From an uncultured Alphaproteobacteria bacterium (GTDB lineage Bacteria > Pseudomonadota > Alphaproteobacteria > CALKHQ01): a DNA stretch of 49,122 bases. Under the pieces are notes generated by a model. The model was not told the DNA's origin, made no database searches, and saw nothing but the letters and a program-made list of their open reading frames with translations. Below, piece after piece: positions 1-9,789 of this stretch. Within the stretch, counting starts at the first letter, position 1. Each line of letters opens with the position of its first letter. The stretch lies in assembly GCA_937988735.1 (NCBI GenBank), contig CALKHQ010000337.1:1-49122 (forward strand). The letters run 5' to 3'. The position numbers and the translations under genes were made by a program.

Positions 1-1201
1 CGAGCAGGTGGTTGTGGTCGTTGGCGTAGGCCATGTAGGCCGCCGTCGGCACGAGGAACGCCACCTTTGGCCGCTCGCGGCCCGGAACGGGCTTCTTCCC
101 GGCGCGCACGAACACCGGCACCAGGTCCTCCTCGCTGCCGTCCTCGGCGTCGCCGACCGCGAGATGGCAGGCGTAGGCCCCGCTCGGCCAGTCGTCCGGC
201 ACCGTCCAGGCGAAGGCCGGCTCCCAGCCGGCATCGTAGAAGTCGTCGGCGTGGAAGTGGATCGCGCCGTAGTGCTCGGGCTTGCGCGTCCAGTCGTGGC
301 ACTCGCCGGTCCAGTTCCAGCCCTTCATCGCGCGGGCGGGCAGGTTGTGCAGCGCACCGTGCATCTGGTGCGGGCCGACGTCGTAGGCGGTGATGCCGGG
401 TATGTCGATCGAGAAGTCCCAGCAGGCGACCACCTGCGCCGCCGTCGCCGGCGCCAGCGGCCGGCGGAACAGCCCGTCGAGCGCGTCGGGGTCAAGGGCG
501 GCGGCGAGCAGGATCGGCGAGTCGATCTTGCCGTCATAGTGGTCGGCCGCGCCGCTTCCATCCGGCCGGGCCGCCACCATCAGGTCCACGGCGGCGGGCG
601 CGATGGCGGCAACGCCGTCGATGGCGGTCTCCCCGGGGCCCTGGGCGGCGACATAGGGGTCGAGCGCCCGCTGGACGACGGTGATGGTCCCGGCGGCCGG
701 GTCGTGGATGCCGGCCGCGAGCACCCAGCGCCGCTCGGTCAGCGGCGACGGCGCGGTCACGCTGTAGACCGTCCGGCCGTCGCCGACCTTGAACCGGAGC
801 CGGCCGGTCTCGTCCACCTCCAGCAGCCAGCCCCGCCGCTCCGCTTCCGACCACTGGCCGATCACCGCCTGGCGCCGCGTCTCGCCGTCCGGCAGCACCG
901 GCAGCGTCGGCCACAGCATGGCGGCGACCGTGAGACCCCTTTCGGGCGTCTGCCGCGGATGGTGGGGCACCCGCATGTGCGAGCCGGCGGCGATCGGCTG
1001 CGGACGGCCCTCGTAGCGGCCCTCGATCGCGCTCGGCCGGTGTTCCAGCTTGACTCCCGGCCCCGCCGGGTTGGCGTCGCCGTTGATCACCCGCACCATC
1101 CGCGCCGCGAACGGCCGCGGCCGGTCGGTGCTGACCATGAAACGGACGGTCTCGCCCGGGCCGACGCTCAGCCGGTCCGCGTAGCCGACGATCTTCTGCA
1201 T
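1..1201 (-). CDS. N,N-dimethylformamidase large (beta) subunit-like amidase, N-terminal ~400 codons; gene continues past the left edge
   Basis: Absent from the ORF track because no stop lies in the window. My hand translation of the minus strand from ATG 1201..1199 is open to position 1. It reads MQKIVGYADRLSVGPGETVRFMVS...VINGDANPAGPGVKLEH...HYDGKIDSPIL...ACWDFS...GWNWTGECHDWTRKPEHYGAIHFHADDFYDAGWEP...KVAFLVPTAAYMAYANDHN. These blocks match the DMFase large subunit/DUF6605 layout as I recall it. GC3 is strongly biased in this frame. Confidence 0.7.
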   Translation of the reverse strand, partial: MQKIVGYADRLSVGPGETVRFMVSTDRPRPFAARMVRVINGDANPAGPGVKLEHRPSAIEGRYEGRPQPIAAGSHMRVPHHPRQTPERGLTVAAMLWPTLPVLPDGETRRQAVIGQWSEAERRGWLLEVDETGRLRFKVGDGRTVYSVTAPSPLTERRWVLAAGIHDPAAGTITVVQRALDPYVAAQGPGETAIDGVAAIAPAAVDLMVAARPDGSGAADHYDGKIDSPILLAAALDPDALDGLFRRPLAPATAAQVVACWDFSIDIPGITAYDVGPHQMHGALHNLPARAMKGWNWTGECHDWTRKPEHYGAIHFHADDFYDAGWEPAFAWTVPDDWPSGAYACHLAVGDAEDGSEEDLVPVFVRAGKKPVPGRERPKVAFLVPTAAYMAYANDHNHLL

Positions 1202-1202
1202 G

Positions 1203-1502
1203 TCAGTTGATGTCCTCGCCGGTGTGCGCCTTCCAGCGCAGCTTGAACACGTGCCACTCCGCCTCCGCCCGGTCGGTGAAGACCTGGTCCTCCAGGATCC
1301 TGAACGGCTTGCCGTATCCCTGATGGACGGCCAGCACCCACTCGGCGAAGGGCTTGCGGGTGACGAGGACGTAGCGGCCCTTGGCCGGCCCGGCCCGCAG
1401 CGTGTTCAGGACCCGCTGCAGGTTCGGGCTGTGCGGCCCCAGCGGGTTCTGCCGCATTTCGTCGATCCACTGCCGGTCCCACTGGCTGATCTTGTAGGGC
1501 AT
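1203..1502 (-). CDS. small protein resembling the N,N-dimethylformamidase small (alpha) subunit
   Basis: This is the 3' part of track ORF 1203..2033, starting at ATG 1502..1500 (MPYKISQWDRQWIDEM...). Blocks HSPNLQRVLNTLR...GRYVLV and FTDRAEAEWHVFKLRW parallel the SPYLQRV...GKYYIY...EEAMHAVFLRR pattern I recall for DmfA1. Its stop lies 1 nt from the ATG of the large-subunit gene. Confidence 0.55.
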   Translation of the reverse strand: MPYKISQWDRQWIDEMRQNPLGPHSPNLQRVLNTLRAGPAKGRYVLVTRKPFAEWVLAVHQGYGKPFRILEDQVFTDRAEAEWHVFKLRWKAHTGEDIN

Positions 1503-1688
1503 CCGCCTCCTCTCCCCGGGTGCGCAAGCCAAATCGTTTCGCGCGACGCTAGCGCCCGTCCGGTGACGGGGCAATAGGTCGTGATCCGGCAGCACGATGG
1601 TCGGCGAGCACGGCGTCGAAGCGGCACCGGGCGCAACCGCGGCTGCCCGATTGACAGCGCGGCTCGCCCGCCTGCACCGTTTCGGCCG

Positions 1689-2123
1689 ATGCAGACCATC
1701 CACGCCACCTGTGTTGCCATCGGCCGTCACGGCGTGCTGCTGCGGGGCGATTCCGGCAGCGGCAAGTCCGACCTTGCGCTGCGGCTGATCGAGGACGGGG
1801 CGATGCTGGTGGCGGACGACCAGGTGGCGGTGACGGTGCGCGACGGCCGGCTGGAAGCGAGCCCGCCGCAGGCGCTGGCCGGCCTGATCGAGGTGCGCGG
1901 CTTCGGCATCGTCCGCCTGCCATACCGGGCGCCGGTCACGGTGGCGCTGGTGGCGACGCTGGTGGACCGGAGGGACGTGCCGCGGATGCCGGAGCCGGAC
2001 CGGACCGGGATCCTGGGCGTCTCGCTGCCCCACCTGCTGCTGGCCCCGTTCGACGTCTCGGCGACGGCGAAGCTGCGGCTCGCGGTGCGGGCGGTGGAAG
2101 GGAGTGCGGAGAAGGGGTCGTGA
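1689..2123 (+). CDS. hprK: truncated HPr kinase/phosphorylase (C-terminal catalytic domain only, alphaproteobacterial type)
   Basis: Internal ATG at 1689 of ORF 1581..2123 (MQTIHATCVAIGRHGVLLRGDSGSGKSDLALRLI...). It has the Walker A motif GDSGSGKS and the EVRGFGI signature. Length is about 144 aa with no N-terminal domain. The stop overlaps the rapZ start (GTGA). Confidence 0.85.
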   Translation: MQTIHATCVAIGRHGVLLRGDSGSGKSDLALRLIEDGAMLVADDQVAVTVRDGRLEASPPQALAGLIEVRGFGIVRLPYRAPVTVALVATLVDRRDVPRMPEPDRTGILGVSLPHLLLAPFDVSATAKLRLAVRAVEGSAEKGS

Positions 2124-2980
2124 CGCGCCTGGTGCTGGTCACCGGAATGTCCGGCGCCGGCCGGTCCACCGCGCTCGACGTGCTGGAGGACGCGGGGTTC
2201 GAGGCGGTGGACAACCTGCCGCTCTACCTCGTCGAGCGGCTGGCGGAGCCGGCGCCGGGCTCGCCCGCCAGGCTCGCCATCGGGGTGGACGTGCGCTCGC
2301 GCGGGTTCAACGCCGACGCCTTTGCCGAGACGCTGGCGCGGCTTCGCGCGCACGAGGGGCTGGAGACGACCCTCCTGTTCCTCGACTGCGATACCGAGGT
2401 CCTGATCCGCCGCTATGCCGAGACCCGCCGCCGCCATCCGCTCGCCGGCGACCGCCCGGCCGCCGACGGCATCGCGATCGAACGCCGGCTGCTGGAGCCG
2501 GTGCGCGGGCTGGCCGACCTGGTGGTGGACACCGGGTTGCTGCGCATCGCCGACCTGCGCCAGCGCCTGGTGGAGACGCTGATCCCGGAGGGGATCGGGC
2601 TCACCATCACCGTCCAGTCCTTCTCCTACAAGCAGGGCGTGCCGCGGGAGGCGGACCTGGTGTTCGACGTCCGCTTCCTGCGCAACCCCCACTACGACCC
2701 GGCGCTGCGGCCGAAGACCGGCATGGACGCCGACGTCGGCGCCTACATCGAGGCCGACCCCGCCTTCGCCGGCTTCTTCGACCGGCTGACCGGCCTCATC
2801 CTGCCGCTGCTGCCCTGCTACCGGGCGGAGGGGAAGAGCTATCTGACCATCTGCATCGGCTGCACCGGCGGGCGCCACCGCTCCGTCTACATCGCCGGGC
2901 GGCTGGCGGGGGCGCTTCGCGCGGCGGGCTGGACGGTGGCGCTGGCGCACCGCGACCTGCCCGCCGAGCCCGCCGGCTGA
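2120..2980 (+). CDS. rapZ: RNase adapter protein RapZ (YhbJ family P-loop NTPase)
   Basis: N-terminus MTRLVLVTGMSGAGRSTALDVLED with a P-loop. The C-terminal block CIGCTGGRHRSV is typical of RapZ. GTG start. Confidence 0.9.
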   Translation: MTRLVLVTGMSGAGRSTALDVLEDAGFEAVDNLPLYLVERLAEPAPGSPARLAIGVDVRSRGFNADAFAETLARLRAHEGLETTLLFLDCDTEVLIRRYAETRRRHPLAGDRPAADGIAIERRLLEPVRGLADLVVDTGLLRIADLRQRLVETLIPEGIGLTITVQSFSYKQGVPREADLVFDVRFLRNPHYDPALRPKTGMDADVGAYIEADPAFAGFFDRLTGLILPLLPCYRAEGKSYLTICIGCTGGRHRSVYIAGRLAGALRAAGWTVALAHRDLPAEPAG

Positions 2981-3053
2981 GGTCCCCCGAACGGTCGGGT
3001 CCGGGGCAAGCCGCGTTGACAGGTCGGAAAAACCGGCCCAAAACGTCTTCGCC

Positions 3054-3455
3054 ATGATCGGACTGGTACTGGTGACGCACGGGCGTCTCGCCGACGAATT
3101 CGTCGCTGCGCTCGAGCATGTGGTCGGCGCTCAGCCCCAGGTGGCGACGGTGTGCATCGGCCCCTATGACGACATGGAACAGCGCCGCAACGACATCGTG
3201 GAGCAGATCGCGGCGGTCAACCGCGGCCAGGGTGTCATCGTGCTGACCGACATGTTCGGCGGCACCCCCTCGAACCTCGCCATTTCCGCGATGAAGCCGG
3301 GCGAGATCGAGGTCATCGCCGGCATCAACCTGCCGATGCTGATCAAGCTCGCCTCGGTGCGCGCCACGGCGAAGCTGGTCGATGCCGTCGAGCAGGCGCA
3401 GGAGGCGGGGCGCAAGTACATCAACGTCGCGTCCCGGCTGCTGGAGAGCGCATGA
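3054..3455 (+). CDS. PTS EIIA component, mannose/fructose family (EIIA-Man-like, regulatory PTS)
   Basis: [17 protein letters not shown]... N-terminus with the phosphorylatable His in VTHG, and a DMFGGTPSN block. 133 aa. 4-nt ATGA overlap with the downstream HPr gene. Confidence 0.85.
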   Translation: MIGLVLVTHGRLADEFVAALEHVVGAQPQVATVCIGPYDDMEQRRNDIVEQIAAVNRGQGVIVLTDMFGGTPSNLAISAMKPGEIEVIAGINLPMLIKLASVRATAKLVDAVEQAQEAGRKYINVASRLLESA

Positions 3456-3736
3456 CGGGGTCGGCGCCGGCCGAACGGACGGCGGTGATCGTCAACCAGA
3501 AGGGGCTTCACGCCCGCGCGGCAGCCAAGCTCGTCGCCCTCGCCAGCCAGTTCAACGCCCGCATCGAGGTTTCCCGCAACGACATGACGGCCAACGGCCA
3601 GAGCATCATGGGGCTGATGATGCTCGCCGCCAGCCGCCACTCCGTCGTCAGGCTCCGCGCCACCGGGCCGGAGGCGGAGCAGGCGGTGGACGCCATCGCC
3701 GGGCTGATCGCCGCCGGCTTCTACGAGCAGGACTGA
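3452..3736 (+). CDS. ptsH: HPr/NPr family phosphocarrier protein
   Basis: 94 aa. It has the His-15 motif [11 protein letters not shown] and the Ser-46 region [11 protein letters not shown]. It sits downstream of hprK and EIIA, as in alphaproteobacterial regulatory PTS loci. Confidence 0.9.
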   Translation: MTGSAPAERTAVIVNQKGLHARAAAKLVALASQFNARIEVSRNDMTANGQSIMGLMMLAASRHSVVRLRATGPEAEQAVDAIAGLIAAGFYEQD

Positions 3737-3819
3737 GGCTCGCGCCCGTCTCGCGCCGGCCGCCATTGAGCCGGCCGTGCCGCTCTGCTAAGACCCGGCG
3801 CGCCATACAGGAGGAGCCG

Positions 3820-5112
3820 ATGACCGCGCAGGACTACAAGGTCAAGGACATGTCGCTGGCCGAGTGGGGCCGGAAGGAGATCGCGATCGCCGAGACCGAG
3901 ATGCCCGGCCTGATGGCGACCCGAGAGGAGTATGGCCCCTCCCAGCCGCTGAAGGGGGCGCGCATCGCCGGCAGCCTGCACATGACCATCCAGACCGCGG
4001 TGCTGATCGAGACCCTGATCCATCTGGGCGCCGAGGTCCGCTGGTCCTCCTGCAACATCTTCTCCACCCAGGACCATGCCGCCGCGGCGATGGCCGAGCG
4101 CGGGGTGCCGGTGTTCGCGTGGAAGGGGATGTCCGAGGACGAGTTCTGGTGGGCGATCGACCAGACCATCTTCGGACCCGACGGCTGGCGGCCGAACATG
4201 CTGCTCGACGACGGCGGCGACCTGACCAAGGTGATGCACGAGAAGTACCCGGAGCTGCTGAAGGATGTCCGCGGCGTCTCGGAGGAGACCACCACCGGCG
4301 TCCACCGGCTCTACGAGATGGAGCGGACCGGCCGGCTGAAGATCCCGGCGATCAACGTCAACGACAGCGTCACCAAGTCCAAGTTCGACAACCTCTACGG
4401 CTGTCGCGAGAGCCTTGTGGACGGCATCCGCCGGGCGACCGACGTGATGATGGCTGGCAAGGTGGCGGTGGTCGCCGGCTACGGCGATGTCGGCAAGGGC
4501 TCGGCCGCGTCGCTGCGCAACGCCGGCTGCCGGGTGCTGGTGACGGAGGTCGACCCGATCTGTGCGCTGCAGGCGGCGATGGAAGGCTACCAGGTGGTGA
4601 CGATGGAGGAGGCCGCGCCGATCGGCGACATCTTCGTCACCGCCACCGGCAACATCGACGTCATCACCATCGACCACATGCGCCAGATGCGCGACCGCGC
4701 CATCGTCTGCAACATCGGCCACTTCGACACCGAAATCCAGGTCGAGGCGCTGCGCAACTTCCGCTGGCACCCGGTGAAGCCGCAGGTGGACGAGGTGGAG
4801 TTCCCCGACGGCAAGCGGATCATCCTGCTGTCCGAGGGGCGGCTGGTGAATCTCGGCAACGCCACCGGCCACCCCAGCTTCGTGATGAGCGCCTCCTTCA
4901 CCAACCAGGTGCTGGCCCAGATCGAGCTGTGGAACAACCACGCCCAGTACGAGAACAAGGTCTACGTGCTGCCCAAGGCGCTGGACGAGAAGGTCGCCCG
5001 GCTGCACCTGAAGAAGATCGGCGTGCACCTGACCGAGCTCACCCAGGCGCAGGCAGACTACATCGGCGTGTCCCGCACCGGGCCGTTCAAGCCCGATCAC
5101 TACCGTTACTGA
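3820..5112 (+). CDS. ahcY: adenosylhomocysteinase
   Basis: Internal ATG at 3820 of ORF 3382..5112, preceded by GGAGGAG. The sequence [32 protein letters not shown]...[21 protein letters not shown]...GYGDVGKG...GHFDTEI is unmistakably AhcY. About 430 aa. Confidence 0.95.
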   Translation: MTAQDYKVKDMSLAEWGRKEIAIAETEMPGLMATREEYGPSQPLKGARIAGSLHMTIQTAVLIETLIHLGAEVRWSSCNIFSTQDHAAAAMAERGVPVFAWKGMSEDEFWWAIDQTIFGPDGWRPNMLLDDGGDLTKVMHEKYPELLKDVRGVSEETTTGVHRLYEMERTGRLKIPAINVNDSVTKSKFDNLYGCRESLVDGIRRATDVMMAGKVAVVAGYGDVGKGSAASLRNAGCRVLVTEVDPICALQAAMEGYQVVTMEEAAPIGDIFVTATGNIDVITIDHMRQMRDRAIVCNIGHFDTEIQVEALRNFRWHPVKPQVDEVEFPDGKRIILLSEGRLVNLGNATGHPSFVMSASFTNQVLAQIELWNNHAQYENKVYVLPKALDEKVARLHLKKIGVHLTELTQAQADYIGVSRTGPFKPDHYRY

Positions 5113-5251
5113 GCGCGCGCCGCGGCGCGATCCGTCGTTGCGGGACCGGGAGGGCGCGATGACGGGCTGGCGCCGCGGCGGCGCCCCGGCCCTCCCGTTC
5201 CGGCCAAGTTCCGGTTGGAGGGGCGTGCGGGCGCCGCATAGACTGCGCGCC

Positions 5252-7744
5252 ATGGTGGCGTCGCGACGGTCAGCCTTGGCAGCCGCCGCCGCAGCGGTCG
5301 GCTGCGGCGCGCCTGCGCCCGCCTTCGCCCAGGCCGCGGTGCCGCCGCTGGACGGCATCAGCGTGCTGGTCGGCGCGGCGGCGGCGGCGCTCGTCGCCGG
5401 CATCGTGATCCTCGTCCGCAGCGTCCGCCGCAGTGGCCGGCCGCCGGCCGACAGCGGGCTTGCCGCGACCCTGCTGCAGGGCTGCCCCGGCGCGGTCCTC
5501 ACCTGGGTCGGCCGCGATGTCCGGCTGCTGTGCGGCCCGGGCTCCCCGCTGGCGGCGGTGGCCCAGGGCGGCGAGACGACGCTGGAGAAGGTCGCCGCCT
5601 GCTTCGCCAGCACCGATGCGGTGCGACTGAAGGACGCCGCGATCCGCCTGCGCGAGAGCGGGCGCGGCTTCGAGCTCCGGCTGTCGGGGGCCGCGGAGGG
5701 CGCCGACCTGCTGGCGCAGGGGCGGCGGATGGAGGCCGAGGGCCAGTCGCTGGACACGATCTGGTTCTTCGACATCTCCGAGCTCGCCCGCCGCACCCGC
5801 CAGCAGCAGCGCGAGATCGAGGCGCTGGACCACGCCCACCGCGCGGTGGTCGGGCTCCTCGACGGGCTCGCCTTCCCGGCCTGGGTGCGTGCGCCCGACC
5901 TGCGCCTCACCTATGTCAACCCGGCCTATGCCCGCGCGGTGGACCAGAAGGACGCGGCCAGCGCCGTGCGCGAGGGCCGCGAGATCGGCGCCGGGGTGCT
6001 GGGCGACGACGGCCGGGAGCTCGCCCGGGCCGCCAAGCGCGCCACCGCCACCCAGACGGCGGAGGGCTACGTCGTGCTGGGCAGCGAGCGGCGCTACATG
6101 CGCTTCATCGAGCATCCGCTCGCCGACGGCCGCGTCGCCGGCATCGCAATCGACCGCACCGAGGTGAACGAGGCGAAGGACGAGCTGCGCCGCCACGTCG
6201 AGGCCCATGCCGCCGTGCTGCACAACCTGGCGGTGCCGATCGCGATGTTCGCGTCCGACGGCCACCTCACCTTCCACAACCGCACCTATGCCGAGACCTG
6301 GGACCTGGACCCGGAATGGCTGGCCCAGGGTCCGTCGCTGGGCGAGGTGCTGGAGGTGCTGCGCGAGAAGCGGAAGGTGCCGGAATACGCCGACTTCCCC
6401 GCCTTCAAGCGCGAGCAGATGCGGCTGTTCAAGTCGCTGCTGGCGCCGCAGGAGGACCTGCTGCACCTGCCCGACGGCGCCACCTTCCGCCGGGTGGTCT
6501 CGCCGCATCCGTTCGGCGGGCTGATCTTCACCTTCGAGGATGTGACCGACCGGCTGGCGATCGAGCGCAGCTACAACACCACCGTCGCCGTCCATCGCGA
6601 GACCCTGGCCAACATGCACGAGGGCATCGCCGTGTTCGGCAGCGACGGCCGGCTGAAGCTGTCCAACCCCGCCTTCGCCAGCCAGTGGAAGCTGGACCAG
6701 GCGCTGCTCGCCGACCAGCCCCACGTGCGCGAGGTGGCGGACTGGTGCCGCCCGCTGCTGGAGCGCGAGGGCATCGATGGCCGCAGCCCGGCGGACGAGA
6801 TCATCGACCAGGTGATGCAGCGCCGCGCCGCCGCCGGCACGGTGGAGCGGACCGACGGCATCCTGCTGGACTACACCGCGGTGCCGCTGCCCGACGGCAA
6901 CATCATGTTCAGCTATGTGGACGTGACCGACAGCGTCCGCGCCGCCCGGGCGCTGGAGGAGCGGGCCCAGGCGCTGGAGGCGGCCGACAGGCTGAAGTCG
7001 GAGTTCCTGGCGACGGTTTCCTACGAGCTCCGCACGCCGCTCAACGCCATCATCGGCTTCTCCGAGATCCTCGACAACGGCTACTTCGGCCCGCTCAACG
7101 AGCGCCAGCTCGAATACACCCGCGACATCCTCGACGCCTCGCACCGCCTGCTGGCGCTGATCGACGACATCCTCGACCTCGCCTCGATCGAGGCCGGACG
7201 GTTCGAGCTGGAGTACGCCACCGTCCCGGTGCCGGCGCTGCTGGACAGCGTCGCCGCGGTCACCCGCGAATGGGCGCGCAAGCAGGGGCTGGAGATCGAG
7301 CTGGACTGCCCGCGCAACGTCGGCGCGATCCAGGCGGACGAGGGGCGGATCAAGCAGGTGCTGTTCAACCTGGTGTCGAACGCGGTGAAGTTCACGCCCA
7401 GCGGCGGCCGCATCACGCTTTCCGCCCGCCGCGCCAGGGGGCAGGTGCAGATCAGCGTCGCCGACACCGGCATCGGCATCGACGAGGAAACCCGCGAGAA
7501 GGTGTTCGACAGCTTCACCCGCGGCAAGGCCGGCAGCCGTTCGCCCGGCCCGGGGCTCGGGCTCGCGCTGGTCAAGAACGTGGTCGAGCTGCACGGCGGC
7601 ACGGTCAGTGTCGCCGACAATCCCGGCGGCGGCGTCATCTTCACCTGCACGCTGCCGGTTGCCGCCGCGTCGGCGGAGCCGCCGGCGCCGCCGGCCGACC
7701 AGCCCGCCGATGCCCCTGAGACGCGGGCTACCGGCGTCGGGTGA
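5252..7744 (+). CDS. membrane-anchored multi-PAS sensor histidine kinase
   Basis: ORF 5138..7744; I prefer ATG 5252 (MVASRRSALAAAAAA..., followed by a TM segment ISVLVGAAAAALVAGIVILV). It has repeated PAS-like segments, the HisKA motif [21 protein letters not shown], and HATPase N/G boxes (LVSNAVKFTP, DTGIGI, GPGLGLALV). The start is uncertain by a few tens of codons. Confidence 0.85.
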   Translation: MVASRRSALAAAAAAVGCGAPAPAFAQAAVPPLDGISVLVGAAAAALVAGIVILVRSVRRSGRPPADSGLAATLLQGCPGAVLTWVGRDVRLLCGPGSPLAAVAQGGETTLEKVAACFASTDAVRLKDAAIRLRESGRGFELRLSGAAEGADLLAQGRRMEAEGQSLDTIWFFDISELARRTRQQQREIEALDHAHRAVVGLLDGLAFPAWVRAPDLRLTYVNPAYARAVDQKDAASAVREGREIGAGVLGDDGRELARAAKRATATQTAEGYVVLGSERRYMRFIEHPLADGRVAGIAIDRTEVNEAKDELRRHVEAHAAVLHNLAVPIAMFASDGHLTFHNRTYAETWDLDPEWLAQGPSLGEVLEVLREKRKVPEYADFPAFKREQMRLFKSLLAPQEDLLHLPDGATFRRVVSPHPFGGLIFTFEDVTDRLAIERSYNTTVAVHRETLANMHEGIAVFGSDGRLKLSNPAFASQWKLDQALLADQPHVREVADWCRPLLEREGIDGRSPADEIIDQVMQRRAAAGTVERTDGILLDYTAVPLPDGNIMFSYVDVTDSVRAARALEERAQALEAADRLKSEFLATVSYELRTPLNAIIGFSEILDNGYFGPLNERQLEYTRDILDASHRLLALIDDILDLASIEAGRFELEYATVPVPALLDSVAAVTREWARKQGLEIELDCPRNVGAIQADEGRIKQVLFNLVSNAVKFTPSGGRITLSARRARGQVQISVADTGIGIDEETREKVFDSFTRGKAGSRSPGPGLGLALVKNVVELHGGTVSVADNPGGGVIFTCTLPVAAASAEPPAPPADQPADAPETRATGVG

Positions 7745-7760
7745 GACTCCGCCGCGGGTC

Positions 7761-8738
7761 TCAGGCCCGGATCCAGGACGGCGCCCGGCGCAGGATCGCC
7801 TCCGCCTCCGCCGCCATGCGCGCGATCACCGCGCCGGCCGGCTCCACCGCGTCGATCAGCCCGATCGCCTCGCCGACCAGCGAGCTCACCACCTCCGGGT
7901 CGCCGGCTGCGACGGCCTCGGCATAGGCCCTGGCCTCCTTCGCCGCCACGGCGGCAAGCTCGCTCTCGCGCCCGTGCCAGCGCTCGGTGGTGCGGCTGGT
8001 CAGCGTGCGCAGCGAATAGCGCTCCGGCCAGCCGGTGATGCCGCGGACCATGTCGATCACGCGCGACCGCAGCGTGTCGTCGCCGGTGCGCGTCACCGCT
8101 GCCGCCTTCAGCCGCGGGTTGCCGATCGCCTCCTCGCTCGCCCACAGCCGGGTGCCGACCAGCACGCCGTCCGCGCCCAGCGCCAGCGCCGCCGCCAGCC
8201 CGCGCCCGTCGGCGATGCCGCCGGCGGCGACCACCAGCGTCTCCGGCGACCGCTTCGCCACCAGGTCGGCGATCTCCGGCACCAGGGTCATTGTCGCCCG
8301 CCGCTCGCCGTGGCCGCCGGCCTCGGTGCCCTGGGCCACGATCACGTCCGCGCCCAGGTCCAGCACATGGGCCGCGTCGCGCACCGTCTGCACCTGGCAG
8401 ATCAGCGGCACGCCCGCCGCCTTCACCTGCACCACGAAGGGCGCGGGGTTGCCGAAGGACAGCATCATCGCCCGCGGCGCCCGCTCCAGCGCCAGGCCCA
8501 GCAGTTCGGGCCGCCGCTTCAGCGACCAGGTGATGAAGCCGCAGCCGATCGGCTGGTTGCCGGCGGCGTCGAACTGCTCGCGCAGCCAGTCGCCGTCGCC
8601 ATAGCCGCCGCCGACCATCCCCAGCGCCCCCGCCGCCGAAACCGCCGCCGCCAGCCGCCCCCCGCTGACCAGCCCCATCGGCGCCCCGATGATCGGATGC
8701 TCGAGGTTGAAACGCTCGGTCAGGCGCGTGGTGAGCAT
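7761..8738 (-). CDS. nitronate monooxygenase (NMO/2-nitropropane dioxygenase family, FMN-dependent)
   Basis: MLTTRLTERFNLEHPIIGAPMGLVSGGRLAAAVSAAGALGMVG..., plus the AQGTEAGGH and AAGGIADGRG blocks typical of the NMO family. Confidence 0.85.
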   Translation of the reverse strand: MLTTRLTERFNLEHPIIGAPMGLVSGGRLAAAVSAAGALGMVGGGYGDGDWLREQFDAAGNQPIGCGFITWSLKRRPELLGLALERAPRAMMLSFGNPAPFVVQVKAAGVPLICQVQTVRDAAHVLDLGADVIVAQGTEAGGHGERRATMTLVPEIADLVAKRSPETLVVAAGGIADGRGLAAALALGADGVLVGTRLWASEEAIGNPRLKAAAVTRTGDDTLRSRVIDMVRGITGWPERYSLRTLTSRTTERWHGRESELAAVAAKEARAYAEAVAAGDPEVVSSLVGEAIGLIDAVEPAGAVIARMAAEAEAILRRAPSWIRA

Positions 8739-8955
8739 GGTGGGGGTTCCTTCTTGTCTGCCTCGGATGTAGAGCGCGCTTCAGTATTGGCGATGCATGA
8801 CCGTCCCCAGGGGCACCTGCAGAAGATCCCCTACGATATTCCAGCGCCGCAAACTGGAAGTCACTCGACCATCGTCAGGCGTCACCCCCCGGCCTTCGAG
8901 CCAGGGACAGCCGGTTCGCAAGCGAATTCGCTTTCGCCAACAAACCCCTCCAGCC

Positions 8956-9789
8956 TTAGCCTTCCAGTTCTCGTCTTTCGAACTCAGACCTCAGGCTCCA
9001 CACTCGATCAAGCGCCTTATCGTGCCCAAATTGCCCGATAGCCCAGATTGCCAAACCGCGTTCGCCGCCCGCTGACTCTATGATGTCGAAGGCCTCGGAC
9101 TCGCTGATGTGGCGACCTTTCTTCACGCACAAATATGCATACGTTGCAGGGAATTTCTCTCGAATCATCGACCAACTTTCTTCAGACAAGGGGCCTACTC
9201 TTAGAGCGGCACGGCTGATCACCCATCCCTCATCACATCGGGAGATCAGTTCCGGCAAAATCTGTTCAAGCACGCCCTCCTCCGCGTGCTTGACGATGAT
9301 CCCGGCGGCACCGACATCGCCGGTTTCGCGCCAGTACGCGATAATTTCGCTGAGGCCTCGCATCAGCGGGTCATGGGCGATGGCCTTCAACCACCGTGCT
9401 GAAGCGCTACGGGTGCCTCTATCTCGCCATCGACCGAGCGCATGTTCCCGCGTCGTCGGCGACAGAAAAGGGTAGAGCAACGACAGCAAAGAATCGATCC
9501 GAACTCGGATCCTTGCCTCAGATACATGCATTTCCATTAGCCGCGCTGCTAAACTATCCAACATTTCGGGTGACTTGCTGTCTTTGCCCAGCCTCGTCAA
9601 GCGGGTACGTACGGCGCGAAGGACGTCAGGCGAGGCTGACAGAGCTCGCAGTGCCACATCCTGAAGCTCATCAAGTGTTAGACAAGATGTATAACCGTGA
9701 AGAAGCTCACGGGCTAGATCGCTCGATTTAGCCTCTCGAGCAAGTTCAGCAAGGCGATCGAATCGCGAATCTGTACGCTTACAAGCCAT
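8956..9789 (-). CDS. hypothetical protein, possible HEAT/PBS-lyase-type repeat at the C-terminus; atypical composition
   Basis: This is the 3' part of the artefactual 760-aa ORF 8956..11238. It starts at ATG 9789 (MACKRTDSRF...) or ATG 9816 (METSPRERSM...). The frame stays open for about 280 codons in a roughly 52% GC stretch, where stops should be frequent. Codon usage includes TTA, CTA, AGA, ATA, AAA and GAT, which is foreign to the rest of the window. The C-terminal GLAIWAIGQFGHDKALDRVWSL resembles the AAWALGQIGD..A HEAT_PBS motif. Confidence 0.6.
   Translation of the reverse strand: MACKRTDSRFDRLAELAREAKSSDLARELLHGYTSCLTLDELQDVALRALSASPDVLRAVRTRLTRLGKDSKSPEMLDSLAARLMEMHVSEARIRVRIDSLLSLLYPFLSPTTREHALGRWRDRGTRSASARWLKAIAHDPLMRGLSEIIAYWRETGDVGAAGIIVKHAEEGVLEQILPELISRCDEGWVISRAALRVGPLSEESWSMIREKFPATYAYLCVKKGRHISESEAFDIIESAGGERGLAIWAIGQFGHDKALDRVWSLRSEFERRELEG

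Noticed and set aside
8-1210. 400-aa plus-strand ORF at the left edge (and nested ORFs 67..393, 325..561, 534..914)
   Set aside because: The translation is Arg/Gly/Val/Pro-rich and low-complexity. The opposite strand carries a motif-rich DMFase-like frame with proper GC3 bias, so this is an antisense shadow ORF typical of high-GC DNA.
3737-3819. Possible SAH riboswitch in the ahcY leader
   Set aside because: I looked for the conserved SAH-riboswitch elements (AGGCUCGG, CAACGGCGCUC) and found none. Only a simple GCCGGC...GCCGGC hairpin and the GGAGGAG RBS are present.
3721-7594. Very long minus-strand ORFs (3721..5910, 729 aa; 5270..7594, 774 aa) and plus-strand alternates (3864..5162, 5530..7719)
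   Set aside because: They overlap the clearly identifiable ahcY and PAS kinase genes. Their products are Arg/Ala/Gly/Pro repeats with no motifs. These are GC-driven open frames.
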